This document shows, piece by piece, positions 19,516-29,771 of a stretch of DNA of 61,557 nucleotides. This DNA comes from an uncultured Syntrophobacteraceae bacterium. Lineage in GTDB: Bacteria > Desulfobacterota > Binatia > UBA9968. The stretch lies in NCBI GenBank assembly GCA_964482425.1, contig CAYZXN010000328.1:1-61557 (forward strand), given 5' to 3'. The position numbers and the translations under genes are program-made. Below the pieces are notes generated by a model. That model saw nothing but the letters and a program-made list of their open reading frames with translations. It searched no databases and was not told where the DNA came from. Position 1 is the stretch's first letter; every line of letters starts with the position of its first letter.

Positions 19516-20028
19516 TTACTTCACGCCAAGCACGCTTTTGGTCAATAGCACCGCAACAGGTTTCTTGGAGTCGTCAGCCAGAATCTGCGCACCGTCCAAC
19601 ATAGCATCAATATCTTCGGCGTTGCGCAGGATGTACGAGCGAATACCCAGAGCGTGAAGCGCCGGCTCGGTAACGGCGCCCAGAGTCGTAAAGCCCCTAT
19701 CACCAATGTCCCCGGCATAATAGATCAATAGGAGAACGGGAATCTGAAATTGCAAACACGTCGTCGTTAATGCATTACAGCTATTCAGCAACCCGGCGTT
19801 CTGCATGATGATCGCGGTCTTTCGCCCGGCAAGGTAAGCGCCGGCACAGATGCCGATGCCTTCTTCCTCGCGGCACAGGGGAATGTGCCGGAGCCCGGCG
19901 TCTTGCTCAACCATCCGGATTAATTCAAGCATTTTTTCGTCCGGCAGAGTGGCCACGAAATCGATGCCAGCCTTCTTGAGCCCTCCAACAATGGCCATTG
20001 CAGATTCTTGTGCGTCCATCTTCTTCAT
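19516..20028 (-). CDS. TPP-dependent decarboxylase, alpha subunit (ComD-like, pyrimidine-binding domain)
   Basis: 170 aa. The stretches GIDFVATLPD...EEEGIGICAGAYLAGRK...MQNAGL are typical of the N-terminal TPP-enzyme domain in split ComDE-type enzymes. Confidence 0.7.
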   Translation of the reverse strand: MKKMDAQESAMAIVGGLKKAGIDFVATLPDEKMLELIRMVEQDAGLRHIPLCREEEGIGICAGAYLAGRKTAIIMQNAGLLNSCNALTTTCLQFQIPVLLLIYYAGDIGDRGFTTLGAVTEPALHALGIRSYILRNAEDIDAMLDGAQILADDSKKPVAVLLTKSVLGVK

Positions 20029-20125
20029 CTCGCAGCTCGTCGTCTCCGCCTGCGCCCAAATCGGCGAGGCGAGCTTAACAGATGCGTTTCATATACAAAA
20101 CAACATTGAAGTTATCTCACGAGAC

Positions 20126-20154
20126 GGAATACTGCGACCCTTCTTGCTTGTCAA
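20126..20154 (-). promoter_or_regulatory. candidate promoter for the split decarboxylase genes (TTGACA-17-TATTCC on minus strand)
   Basis: The minus strand reads TTGACA (complement of 20149-20154) and TATTCC (complement of 20126-20131). Lies about 100 nt upstream of the ComD-like start. Confidence 0.3.
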
Positions 20155-20170
20155 GATTCGGCTATCAGTC

Positions 20171-20198
20171 TTGACTCAAAACAGGCAGTGCCTATAGT
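20171..20198 (+). promoter_or_regulatory. near-consensus sigma70-type promoter (TTGACT-16-TATAGT) facing the decayed pcm locus
   Basis: TTGACT 20171-20176 and TATAGT 20193-20198. Positions were calibrated on track ORF 19850..20197. Confidence 0.45.
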
Positions 20199-21064
20199 TG
20201 GCCGGGAAGGTTAATCGGCCTTCATGTCGTTCGGATATCGAGATTATCCGTCGCGATGAAAGATGGCCCAACACAACCAAGGTTCACGGATCGAAGCTTA
20301 CAATGAAGAGGATGCCGAATCGACCCGCGGATTAAGTTAAAAGGGATGATTATTACCCGTTTGTTTTCAATTCCGAATCCTAAGATCTTACTGCTCCTAG
20401 TCTCTTTTCTGTGTTTTTCCGGCTGGACGGCTGGGTCTGCACTAATTAAGTAACGGCGATGGGCGCAGATCACGAAACGACCGTAAACGCTGCGCGTCGC
20501 AAGATGGTCGAAGAGGACATCAGGTGTCGCGGCATTCGTGATCAAAGGGTGCTGCAGGTTTTGGCAACTATACCGCGGCATTTGTTTGTGCCCGAGGATA
20601 TACGTCGTTTTGCCTATTAGGATCGGCCGCTGCCGATTGGCTTCGGGCAGGCCATTTCACAACCTTCCATGGTTGCCTGGATGACGGAGTTGCTGGAACT
20701 CAACGGCAACAAGCGTCTTAGAGATCTGTACAGCTCAGGCTAGCAAGCTGCGGTTACTCGCCGGATTAAGCGCCGAAGCGTTTTCTGTTGAGGATTCTTG
20801 GCCCTTTGTCAGCCACCGGTGAGAAGGTCCTAGGGCCGCAACGGTAACCTCAGATCGACATGGATTTTACCGATGGAAAGAAAAAGCGCCGTTCGATGCA
20901 ATCATCATTACGGCCGCTGCGGGAAGCACCCCAGAGCCGTTGTGGAGCCAGCTCCGCGAAGAGGACGGCTAGCGATTGCCTGAAGGGCAAAGAAGGGCAG
21001 CTTCAACGATCGATTCGTGCCAGAAAGATCAATGGCCGGCAGATAACCGAGGATCTCAGCGCAG

Positions 21065-22787
<1,723 letters not shown>

Positions 22788-22788
22788 C

Positions 22789-23565
22789 GTGAGCCGATCT
22801 ATTTCCGACCTTGCCGCACACCGGCAGCAAAAAAGAGAAAGTTCAACGGATCGAATTGCTAGGGCCGGCGCCATTTCTGCAGTTCTGGCCCAGGTATACC
22901 CCAAACTCGAGGTTCCGTTGGAGCATCAAAGCACCTTTCAGCTCCTCGTAGCTGTCATTCTCTCGGCGCAGTGTACTGACGCGGCCGTAAATAGAGTTAC
23001 ACCGGAGCTTTTCCGCCGCTTTCCGACGGCAGCGGAGTTGGCGCAATCATCTACCGAGGAGATTGAAAGCCTGATTCGCACCTTGGGTCTGTTCCGCGCA
23101 AAAGCAAAATCGCTTACCACCTGTGCTCGCCAGCTGGTGGAAAAGTTCCACGGCCAGATACCTGCGACTATCGACGAATTGGTAACGTTAGCCGGAGTCG
23201 GACGGAAAACCGCAAACGTGATACTTGGGCACGCCTTCGGCTTACCCGGTATTATCGTCGATACCCATTGTAAGCGCCTGGCGCGGCGCTTGAGACTGAC
23301 TCGCAGCACCAGACCTGATAAAATCGAACGCGATTTGAACAGAATTCTGCCGCCTGACCAATGGACTGCCTTCTCGCACCGGTTGATCATTCATGGGCGA
23401 CGAATTTGTCACGCCCTAACGCCTCAATGTCGGGTTTGTGTTCTCAACCAACTTTGCCCGTCCATGGACCTTAAGACAAGGCCATCTGAAAATCATTTCG
23501 ACCGTCAGTTCATGAACTCCGGCGCGTCTGAGCTTGATGCAGAGTCCGGAGACGAGCAAATCTAA
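22789..23565 (+). CDS. nth: endonuclease III
   Basis: HhH-GPD motif LAGVGRKTANVILGHAF, catalytic VDTHCKR, and a C-x6-C-x2-C-x5-C [4Fe-4S] loop (CHALTPQCRVCVLNQLC). N- and C-terminal extensions relative to E. coli Nth mean the GTG start is uncertain. Confidence 0.88.
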   Translation: MSRSISDLAAHRQQKRESSTDRIARAGAISAVLAQVYPKLEVPLEHQSTFQLLVAVILSAQCTDAAVNRVTPELFRRFPTAAELAQSSTEEIESLIRTLGLFRAKAKSLTTCARQLVEKFHGQIPATIDELVTLAGVGRKTANVILGHAFGLPGIIVDTHCKRLARRLRLTRSTRPDKIERDLNRILPPDQWTAFSHRLIIHGRRICHALTPQCRVCVLNQLCPSMDLKTRPSENHFDRQFMNSGASELDAESGDEQI

Positions 23566-24620
23566 CGTGCGGGCAAGGCCTCGTTGCCGGCGATCTTGTT
23601 GAAAAGCGCAACCACCTCGGAATCTCTCGGAATTTCCCTGATCGCTCTTTCCTGCGCCTCCGGCGTTAATGGAGTGGCATCATCGCCGACGAGCTTTTTA
23701 AAGTCGTTTAGGAAAGCCGGATCTTTGAACGTCTTGCGCATTGCCTCGCGCAGAATATCGACGACTTCTTGTGGCGTTCCAGGCGGAAGAATGTATGGCG
23801 AACCGACCAGCCTAAAAGTACGAAACATCGTTATAATATTCTTTTCTCTGTCTGATTTTGCGAACGTTTCAAGCTCCGGGAGTTTTGCAAAGACCGGGTG
23901 GGTATGACGCTCTTCTTTAGGAATCTGAATGATAGAATGAAAGTTCACCAGGTTTTTCTCTAGAAATTCCGGCGTCCGCTGCACTAACGTATCAGGAATG
24001 TTTGCGCGTGCGTCCAGCTCACCCCGGGTCATAGCAATGTCGAGTTCCGGGCCTGAGTATCCGGTGATGAACCTCGGGTCCTTCAAGCCGAGAATCCAGG
24101 AAAAGAGACGTCCGTTGATATAAATATCATGACCGACGGTTTGAGCGCCGACTCTTATACCGGGATGAGCGCGTAGTTTGTCGAGGCTGTCCAGTCCTAA
24201 TCGGGACACAGTCATGAAAGTGTAGTGGGCTGTGCTGTTCGACGCTCCGAGATAGATAAATTTGGCGAGATCGTATTGTACCCCGGTGGCGCCAAGTATG
24301 GCGTTCGCTACGAGCCCGGAACCGACGTTGCCAATCGTCAATCCGTCCGGCTTCGCATTACTGAAAACGAAATTGGCGGCTTTTCTGCCGCCGCCCCCGG
24401 GCATAAATTGGGTTACGATCGCCGGCTGACCTGGGATGTACTTTCTTAAAAACGGGATCGCCGCGTTGGCTCGCATGGCGCCGGTTCCCCCGGGCTCTCT
24501 CCCCTGAACCAGGATAATCGTTTTACCTTGATAATATGGCACAGGCTGGGCGAAGAGTAGGCTAGGCGGCAGGCACAGTAGCATAGCGGCAGCCAGCCCC
24601 ATCAAAATCGTGTTTTTCAT
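23562..24620 (-). CDS. tripartite tricarboxylate transporter substrate-binding protein (TctC/Bug family)
   Basis: Signal peptide MKNTILMGLAAAMLLCLPPSLLFA and the Bug-family motif MPGGGGRKAANFVFSNAKPDGLTIG. GGAGG lies 5 nt upstream of the ATG taken as the start (M6 of the track ORF). Confidence 0.8.
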   Translation of the reverse strand: MKNTILMGLAAAMLLCLPPSLLFAQPVPYYQGKTIILVQGREPGGTGAMRANAAIPFLRKYIPGQPAIVTQFMPGGGGRKAANFVFSNAKPDGLTIGNVGSGLVANAILGATGVQYDLAKFIYLGASNSTAHYTFMTVSRLGLDSLDKLRAHPGIRVGAQTVGHDIYINGRLFSWILGLKDPRFITGYSGPELDIAMTRGELDARANIPDTLVQRTPEFLEKNLVNFHSIIQIPKEERHTHPVFAKLPELETFAKSDREKNIITMFRTFRLVGSPYILPPGTPQEVVDILREAMRKTFKDPAFLNDFKKLVGDDATPLTPEAQERAIREIPRDSEVVALFNKIAGNEALPAR

Positions 24621-24918
24621 GTTTGCCTCCGTCAAGGCGGGTGCATTGTCAATAGCGATTCACAACGAGCAAGTCAAGATTTTGCTAAGACAACCGCAAC
24701 ATCGCCATAAGGTTGACTCTGCCGCCGATTAAGGAGCGGCGTCTCGACTACAGGACTCTCGCGAGGTCGGGCGATCGAGGACCGGATCGTGAAGCCGATA
24801 CAGAATGCACGCGAGAAAGTCATTTACCGATACTTGGCTTTGAACGTCTATGCGAGCCGCGCATCGTCAATGATTCAACACTCAGCCACTGTACGTGAAG
24901 GCCTCGAGGCATGTGCTG

Positions 24919-25284
24919 TTATCGAGTAGACGGAACGGTGAGGTCTCCCTGCAATGGTATTACGGAGATACAGCTTTCATGGACCGCAACGCAATCCGTA
25001 GCGAATTCTGCGGACGGCCGAAAATCGAAGTTGCTGAAGTTAGCCAGGGAACCTACGATTAAAGGAGCCCTCAGGAGTGCGGTTCGAAAGCAACGACTCC
25101 TTCCGATTAAAATGCCGTCGTTGCTCGACACGAGTTCGACACGAGAATGATCATGCATAAGCGCGATGGCGAAAGTTACAAAGCGATAAGCTCGCGTTTG
25201 TTCAGCATATAGCCCGGCGGCGGCAGCTTGTGCGACAGAAAGCGTCAAGGTATAGGTTTTTACGGTTGGAGGAAAATTCATCAT
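24919..25284 (-). CDS. questionable hypothetical protein (121 aa)
   Basis: Only the internal Met of track ORF 24919..25347 avoids a large overlap with cinA. No RBS, no recognisable motif and no signal peptide. Confidence 0.2.
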   Translation of the reverse strand: MMNFPPTVKTYTLTLSVAQAAAAGLYAEQTRAYRFVTFAIALMHDHSRVELVSSNDGILIGRSRCFRTALLRAPLIVGSLANFSNFDFRPSAEFATDCVAVHESCISVIPLQGDLTVPSTR

Positions 25285-26536
25285 GGCGAATGCGGAGATT
25301 GTGGCTATTGGTTCCGAGCTTTTGCTCGGCCAGATCGTGGATACCAATTCCGCCTGGATGGCTCAGCGGCTGACGGCGTTGGGCGTTAACTTGTATTTCA
25401 CTTCGGTGGTGGGCGACAACCCCGCGCGCATGAGAGAAGTGATAGAGAGAGCCCACGAGCGAGCCGACATCGTCATTACCAGCGGCGGTCTCGGTCCGAC
25501 ACAGGACGATTTGACGCGAGAGATCGTAGCCGAGGTTACAGGACGTAAACTGGTCTTGGATGCCGGGTTACTGGAACAAGTTGAGGATCATTTTCGTCGC
25601 CGCGGCCGGACTATGACGCCTAATAACCGGCGCCAAGGATATATGCCGGAAGGAGCCATTCCGATAAAAAATCCCAACGGCACGGCTCCGTCCTTCATCG
25701 TAGAAGATAAACTCGGGGTGATTTTCTCGCTTCCCGGTGTGCCGGTGGAACTTAAATGGCTCTTTGAGAACGAAGTCGAGCCATACCTTCGGCGCAAGTT
25801 CAATCTGGCAGAGGTGATTCATTATCGCGTGTTAAAGATAGTGGGTGTTGGTGAGAGTGCCGTTGACGATAAGGTGGGGCATCTGATCGCCAACTCCAGC
25901 AATCCCACAGTCGGTGTTCTTGCCTTACCCGGCCAAGTCGATGTGCGCATCGCCGCGAAGGCAGCCAACAAAAATGAAGCGATGAAGCTTATCGCGCCCG
26001 TCGAAGCAGAGGTTCGCAGGCTGTTGGGCAAGGCGATCTTTGCTGCCGACGAAGAGACTATGGAGCACGTGGTCGGTAGTTTGCTGCGCGCTCGAAATAA
26101 GACCGTGGCGGTTTACGAGGATCTCACGTGCGGCAATCTTGCGGACCGTCTGCAGACCGCGAGCTCGGAGCATTTCGGCGCTGGATTTATCGCCAACCGA
26201 CAGAGCGCCACGCGTGCAATCTTGAGGTATGCGAGGGATCCCGGAAAAATCGATGCCTTGATGGAAGATCCGACGGCGTTAACCAACGAGCTCGCATGGT
26301 CGGTGCGCCAGCAGGCGGGGTGCGATTTCGGTCTTGCGCTCCATGCGATTGCCGATCCTGACAGCAAGGTGCAAAATCTCGCGCGGGGTCAAAGCTATGT
26401 CTCGCTGACGGATGGCGGGCGCTTTCTCCAACGGACCAGCACGAGCGCCGGGCGCGGCATGTATGACCGCACGCGCATGACGCTGAATGCTATTGATCTT
26501 TTGCGGACCGCGCTGATTGAAGGGATGGGTTCATAA
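25283..26536 (+). CDS. cinA: competence/damage-inducible protein CinA (MoCF-binding domain + PncC-like NMN amidohydrolase domain)
   Basis: MANAEIVAIGSELLLGQIVDTNSAWMAQRL and ITSGGLGPTQDDLT are typical of the CinA N-domain, and a C-terminal CinA/PncC domain is present. Confidence 0.9.
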   Translation: MANAEIVAIGSELLLGQIVDTNSAWMAQRLTALGVNLYFTSVVGDNPARMREVIERAHERADIVITSGGLGPTQDDLTREIVAEVTGRKLVLDAGLLEQVEDHFRRRGRTMTPNNRRQGYMPEGAIPIKNPNGTAPSFIVEDKLGVIFSLPGVPVELKWLFENEVEPYLRRKFNLAEVIHYRVLKIVGVGESAVDDKVGHLIANSSNPTVGVLALPGQVDVRIAAKAANKNEAMKLIAPVEAEVRRLLGKAIFAADEETMEHVVGSLLRARNKTVAVYEDLTCGNLADRLQTASSEHFGAGFIANRQSATRAILRYARDPGKIDALMEDPTALTNELAWSVRQQAGCDFGLALHAIADPDSKVQNLARGQSYVSLTDGGRFLQRTSTSAGRGMYDRTRMTLNAIDLLRTALIEGMGS

Positions 26537-26572
26537 TCGACGAGCTCGCAACACGCGTCAAAGTCAAACAGG

Positions 26573-28399
26573 TCAAGCGTATTGAGCAGTAGAAGAGTTT
26601 GCCGCACTCAATAACATCTGCAAGCGGCTCAACGGCTGTTCAAGGCTTCGAATCGCCGCGTCCCAAAATTCCTGCTTTTCTAAGTTTTGACCTACCGTGC
26701 GTTGAACAACATTCTCCACTGTATCCCTGCCGGCCAGCCGTAACAGTTCCTCGAATTTTGGCAAAAAGTCACGACCTTCCATTTTGAACATTTGGTACAG
26801 CCCGCGGCTCAACAGGTAACCAAATGTGTAGGGAAAGTTATAAAAGGTGATGCCGGTGATATAGAAGTGCAGCTTGGAAGCCCACAAATACGGATCTTCT
26901 CCGCCGATTGCCAGTATATCGCCGAGGATTTTACGCTGTGTCTCGACCATAAGCTGTTTGATCTGTGACACAGTCAGAGGCCCGCGCGCCCGCTCTTCGT
27001 AGAATGCTTTTTCGAACTCATAGCGCACGGGGATATCCAAAAGGTAGATCGCTGCATGACCCACTTCAATATCCAACATCATGATTTTTTGTGCCGCGCT
27101 GATCGAAGGGTCGTCTAACATGCCGTTCATTAAAACCTGCTCGCCGAAAGTCGACGCGGTTTCGGCCAAGGTCATGGGGTAGCCTCGGCCGTAAGGCCGT
27201 ACTTCCCGCATTAACGCGCCATGAAAGGCATGCCCGGATTCGTGGGCTAGGGTCAACATGTCACTCAACGATTCGTTGTAAGTCATAAAGATGCGCGACT
27301 CCTTGGTCAGCATAGAGGTGGTGCAGAACCCGCCGGGACGCTTGCCCTTACGCGGTTCCCAGTCGATCCAGTTTTTAGCTATTACCTGCTGCTTGAAAAA
27401 TGTTCCCAGAGAGGGATAGGCGCGGTTAAAGGATTCCGCCACCATGGATTTCGCCCGCTGCCATGAAAGGGTCCCCTGACCTGGTATATTCAGCGGCGCG
27501 CCGAGGTCAAACCAAGCCAAAGCCGGCTGCGCTATTAGTTTAGCTTTGAGCCTGAGAATCTGCTTGGGAATCTCCCGGTTGGCAAACAGAGCCTCTAACA
27601 TCGCATCCAGCGTCTGGCGAGTGATCGCCGATTGAAACAGGGCTATCTCAAGAAAATGTTCAACGCCGCGGTAACGATTGAGAGTTAGACGCGTGCCGGC
27701 AATGGCATTCAATGCCGCGGCCGCGGTGTCTTCAATGCTTTGCCAAGCGGCATTGCCGCCGTCAAAAGCGGCCTTTCGGATTCCGCGATTAGGACTGTCC
27801 ATCAATGAGCGCCGCTGTGACATGGGTAAGCGCTCACGTCTGCCGTCCGGGAAAAGCATCTCGAATTCCAGCTTTGATGAAACGGTATCGTAAAGCCTGC
27901 CCCACGCTTGAATGCCATCGATTCCAAGATCCGTAGCAAGAATTTCTTTGTCGGTCGTCATTGCGCGCCGCGCGTCCTGGCGCAACCTGCTCAAATAATT
28001 TTGCGCACCGTTCAGCGTCGGCCGTCCAACGAAACAGGTGAAGAACTCATCGGAGGTATCTTTGACCGCCCGCAGCAATTCGACTCTTAGTTTGGCCCAT
28101 TCCGCGCGCAACCGCGCGAGTTCGGCTTCCTCTTTCAAATACTTTTCGTTATGCGCATCCGATGCCGCGAGACAGCTCACATACGAGTTTAGATGCGACA
28201 TGCGCCGGACAATGTCTTCATTAAGCAGAAATATTTCTTCCCACCCGGCGGCGGTTTCATCGCTCAGGGTGTGGCGAGTTGCTGCTTTATTTTTGACAGA
28301 TGCGATATCGTCCTGGAGCCTTGCCTTGAACCGGCGCATCTCCGGGCCGTCGAATTGGGGAAAATAATTTGTCAGATCCGAGCTCATCGGTTTATTCAC
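26573..28399 (-). CDS. pepF: oligoendopeptidase F (M3B metallopeptidase)
   Basis: 608 aa. Zinc motif HESGHAFH and M3B-like overall layout. GTG start. Confidence 0.88.
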   Translation of the reverse strand: MNKPMSSDLTNYFPQFDGPEMRRFKARLQDDIASVKNKAATRHTLSDETAAGWEEIFLLNEDIVRRMSHLNSYVSCLAASDAHNEKYLKEEAELARLRAEWAKLRVELLRAVKDTSDEFFTCFVGRPTLNGAQNYLSRLRQDARRAMTTDKEILATDLGIDGIQAWGRLYDTVSSKLEFEMLFPDGRRERLPMSQRRSLMDSPNRGIRKAAFDGGNAAWQSIEDTAAAALNAIAGTRLTLNRYRGVEHFLEIALFQSAITRQTLDAMLEALFANREIPKQILRLKAKLIAQPALAWFDLGAPLNIPGQGTLSWQRAKSMVAESFNRAYPSLGTFFKQQVIAKNWIDWEPRKGKRPGGFCTTSMLTKESRIFMTYNESLSDMLTLAHESGHAFHGALMREVRPYGRGYPMTLAETASTFGEQVLMNGMLDDPSISAAQKIMMLDIEVGHAAIYLLDIPVRYEFEKAFYEERARGPLTVSQIKQLMVETQRKILGDILAIGGEDPYLWASKLHFYITGITFYNFPYTFGYLLSRGLYQMFKMEGRDFLPKFEELLRLAGRDTVENVVQRTVGQNLEKQEFWDAAIRSLEQPLSRLQMLLSAANSSTAQYA

Positions 28400-28419
28400 T
28401 TAAAAATATTTCTCTTCCA

Positions 28420-28441
28420 CCAGCAGTTCTGTCCTTCATGT
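28420..28441. repeat. left arm of 22-bp inverted repeat (CCAGCAGTTCTGTCCTTCATGT)
   Basis: Sequence confirmed through the translation of track ORF 28369..28620 (PPAVLSFMF). Contains the OCD-family stop codon (28436-28438). Confidence 0.9.
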
Positions 28442-29431
28442 TTCAACCCTTGTGCCGATTTTTTGTTCCAATGCCTTTTGATAGACCAAGTGGGCCGTCG
28501 CGACATCCTGAATGGCGATACCAACGGATTTGTAGAGGGTCACTTCTTTGGTGCTGCTTCTTCCGGCGCGGCTGCCAGCGAGAACTTCGCCGATTTCGGT
28601 TTGGATATGGTTCTCTGTGACCGAGTTTTCCTTGAGAGCAAGGAGGATGTCGCCACATTCAGCCATGACAGCCTCGCGGGAATCGACGACCACTGTGGAG
28701 CGCGCCAAGGTCGCGCCGTCGATTTCGCGCACTTCGGGACGGTGGGAGCCGACGGCATTGACGTGTACACCGGGCTTGAGCCAGTCAGCTCTGAGAACCG
28801 GTTCTTTTGACGTGGTTACGGTTACGACCAGATCGGCTCCGCGTACGGCTTCTTCAGCGCTTCTGCCGACTTCGATGGGTACGCTGACTCGGCTTTCGAA
28901 TTTATCTTTCACTCTTGCTGCGCTTGTGCCGGAGGGACTGTAGATTTTAATTTTGTCTAGTTTTCTGACGCGGCATAGCGTTTCAATATGCGCTTCGGCC
29001 TGAACACCCGCGCCGAGAATACCCAAAATCGGAGTTTCCGGATTGGCCAACGCGCATGTCGCCATAGCCGAAGCGCACGCAGTGCGAATCGCCGTAATGT
29101 AACTGCCGTCTATCGCTGCGATCATTTTCCCGGTCTCGGCGCTAAAAAGCATGATGGTAGCGAGAATAGCCGGCAAATTCTGTTTCGTATTATTGCCAAA
29201 ATAGGTGACAACTTTGATGCCGAGGGCTTTATCGCTCTGCAAGAATCCCGGCATACTGGTGATCCGTCCGCTGATTTGCGGAAGCGGGACGACCAGGCGC
29301 ACCGGCATGACTGCTTTTCCTGTGGAATACTGAACGTGGGCTCGCTTCAAGGCGCCAATCAGCTCGTCAATGTCGATCAGCGCCTTCACTTCTGTTTCCG
29401 ACAAGATCAGCATAACTAATCTTGATAGCAC
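28436..29431 (-). CDS. ornithine cyclodeaminase/mu-crystallin family protein (possibly archaeal-type alanine dehydrogenase)
   Basis: N-terminus MLILSETEVKALIDIDELIGALKRAH, Rossmann motif ILGAGVQA, and family length of about 325 aa. The true start may be the ATG at 29413. Confidence 0.85.
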   Translation of the reverse strand: MLSRLVMLILSETEVKALIDIDELIGALKRAHVQYSTGKAVMPVRLVVPLPQISGRITSMPGFLQSDKALGIKVVTYFGNNTKQNLPAILATIMLFSAETGKMIAAIDGSYITAIRTACASAMATCALANPETPILGILGAGVQAEAHIETLCRVRKLDKIKIYSPSGTSAARVKDKFESRVSVPIEVGRSAEEAVRGADLVVTVTTSKEPVLRADWLKPGVHVNAVGSHRPEVREIDGATLARSTVVVDSREAVMAECGDILLALKENSVTENHIQTEIGEVLAGSRAGRSSTKEVTLYKSVGIAIQDVATAHLVYQKALEQKIGTRVET

Positions 29432-29511
29432 AAGAATGCGATAGAATAGTAGTCATTGAGTCTTCGATACAAGCGAGAGCTGTTGCTTCGCAGGCCGACT
29501 TCGAAATTTTT

Positions 29512-29533
29512 ACATGAAGGACAGAACTGTTGG
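29512..29533. repeat. right arm of 22-bp inverted repeat (ACATGAAGGACAGAACTGTTGG)
   Basis: Reverse complement of the left arm at 21 of 22 positions. Confirmed through the translations of track ORFs 29514..29714 (MKDRTVGY) and 29416..29607 (NQQFCPSCK). Confidence 0.9.
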
Positions 29534-29771
29534 TTACGATGCAGGAGAGAACGATAAGGGGTCGACCAGACATCCATCTCAGCCTCAGCCGGAAAAGCGA
29601 CCCGCATGCGAGGAGAGTTTTACCTGTATTCCGTTGACCCTTCGACGCCGCGCCGGAAATTTCGATCCAACGATTTATTGCTCTGCAAAACTGGAACTTT
29701 TTGTTGTTTCGTGAGCTTGCTAGTGAGATACTTGGAGCTGGTCGACGATTCCACTAGGTGCCGGTGGAGGA

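Noticed and set aside
20222-20581. 119-aa minus-strand ORF in the pcm region.
   Set aside because: It is antisense to the recognisable Pcm N-terminal motifs. The plus-strand pseudogene interpretation explains the region far better.
23562-24620. TctC/Bug-family binding protein without adjacent tctA/tctB membrane genes.
   Set aside because: Orphan Bug-family binding proteins are common in several lineages. This is not informative on its own.
24713-25150. Plus-strand ORFs 24713..24898 and 24911..25150 in the TctC-cinA gap.
   Set aside because: They use TTG or weak starts, lack RBS, and have an Arg/Ser/Thr/Cys-rich composition unlike the real proteins of this window.
28193-28810. 205-aa plus-strand ORF spanning the pepF/OCD junction.
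   Set aside because: It is antisense to two well-supported genes and has no RBS or motifs. It was useful only for confirming the left repeat-arm sequence.
29692-29708. Sigma54-like element TGGAAC-N5-GTTG upstream of the 175-aa hypothetical gene.
   Set aside because: The -12 element lacks the conserved GC (it reads TTGT at the wrong spacing), and no enhancer-binding protein gene is nearby.
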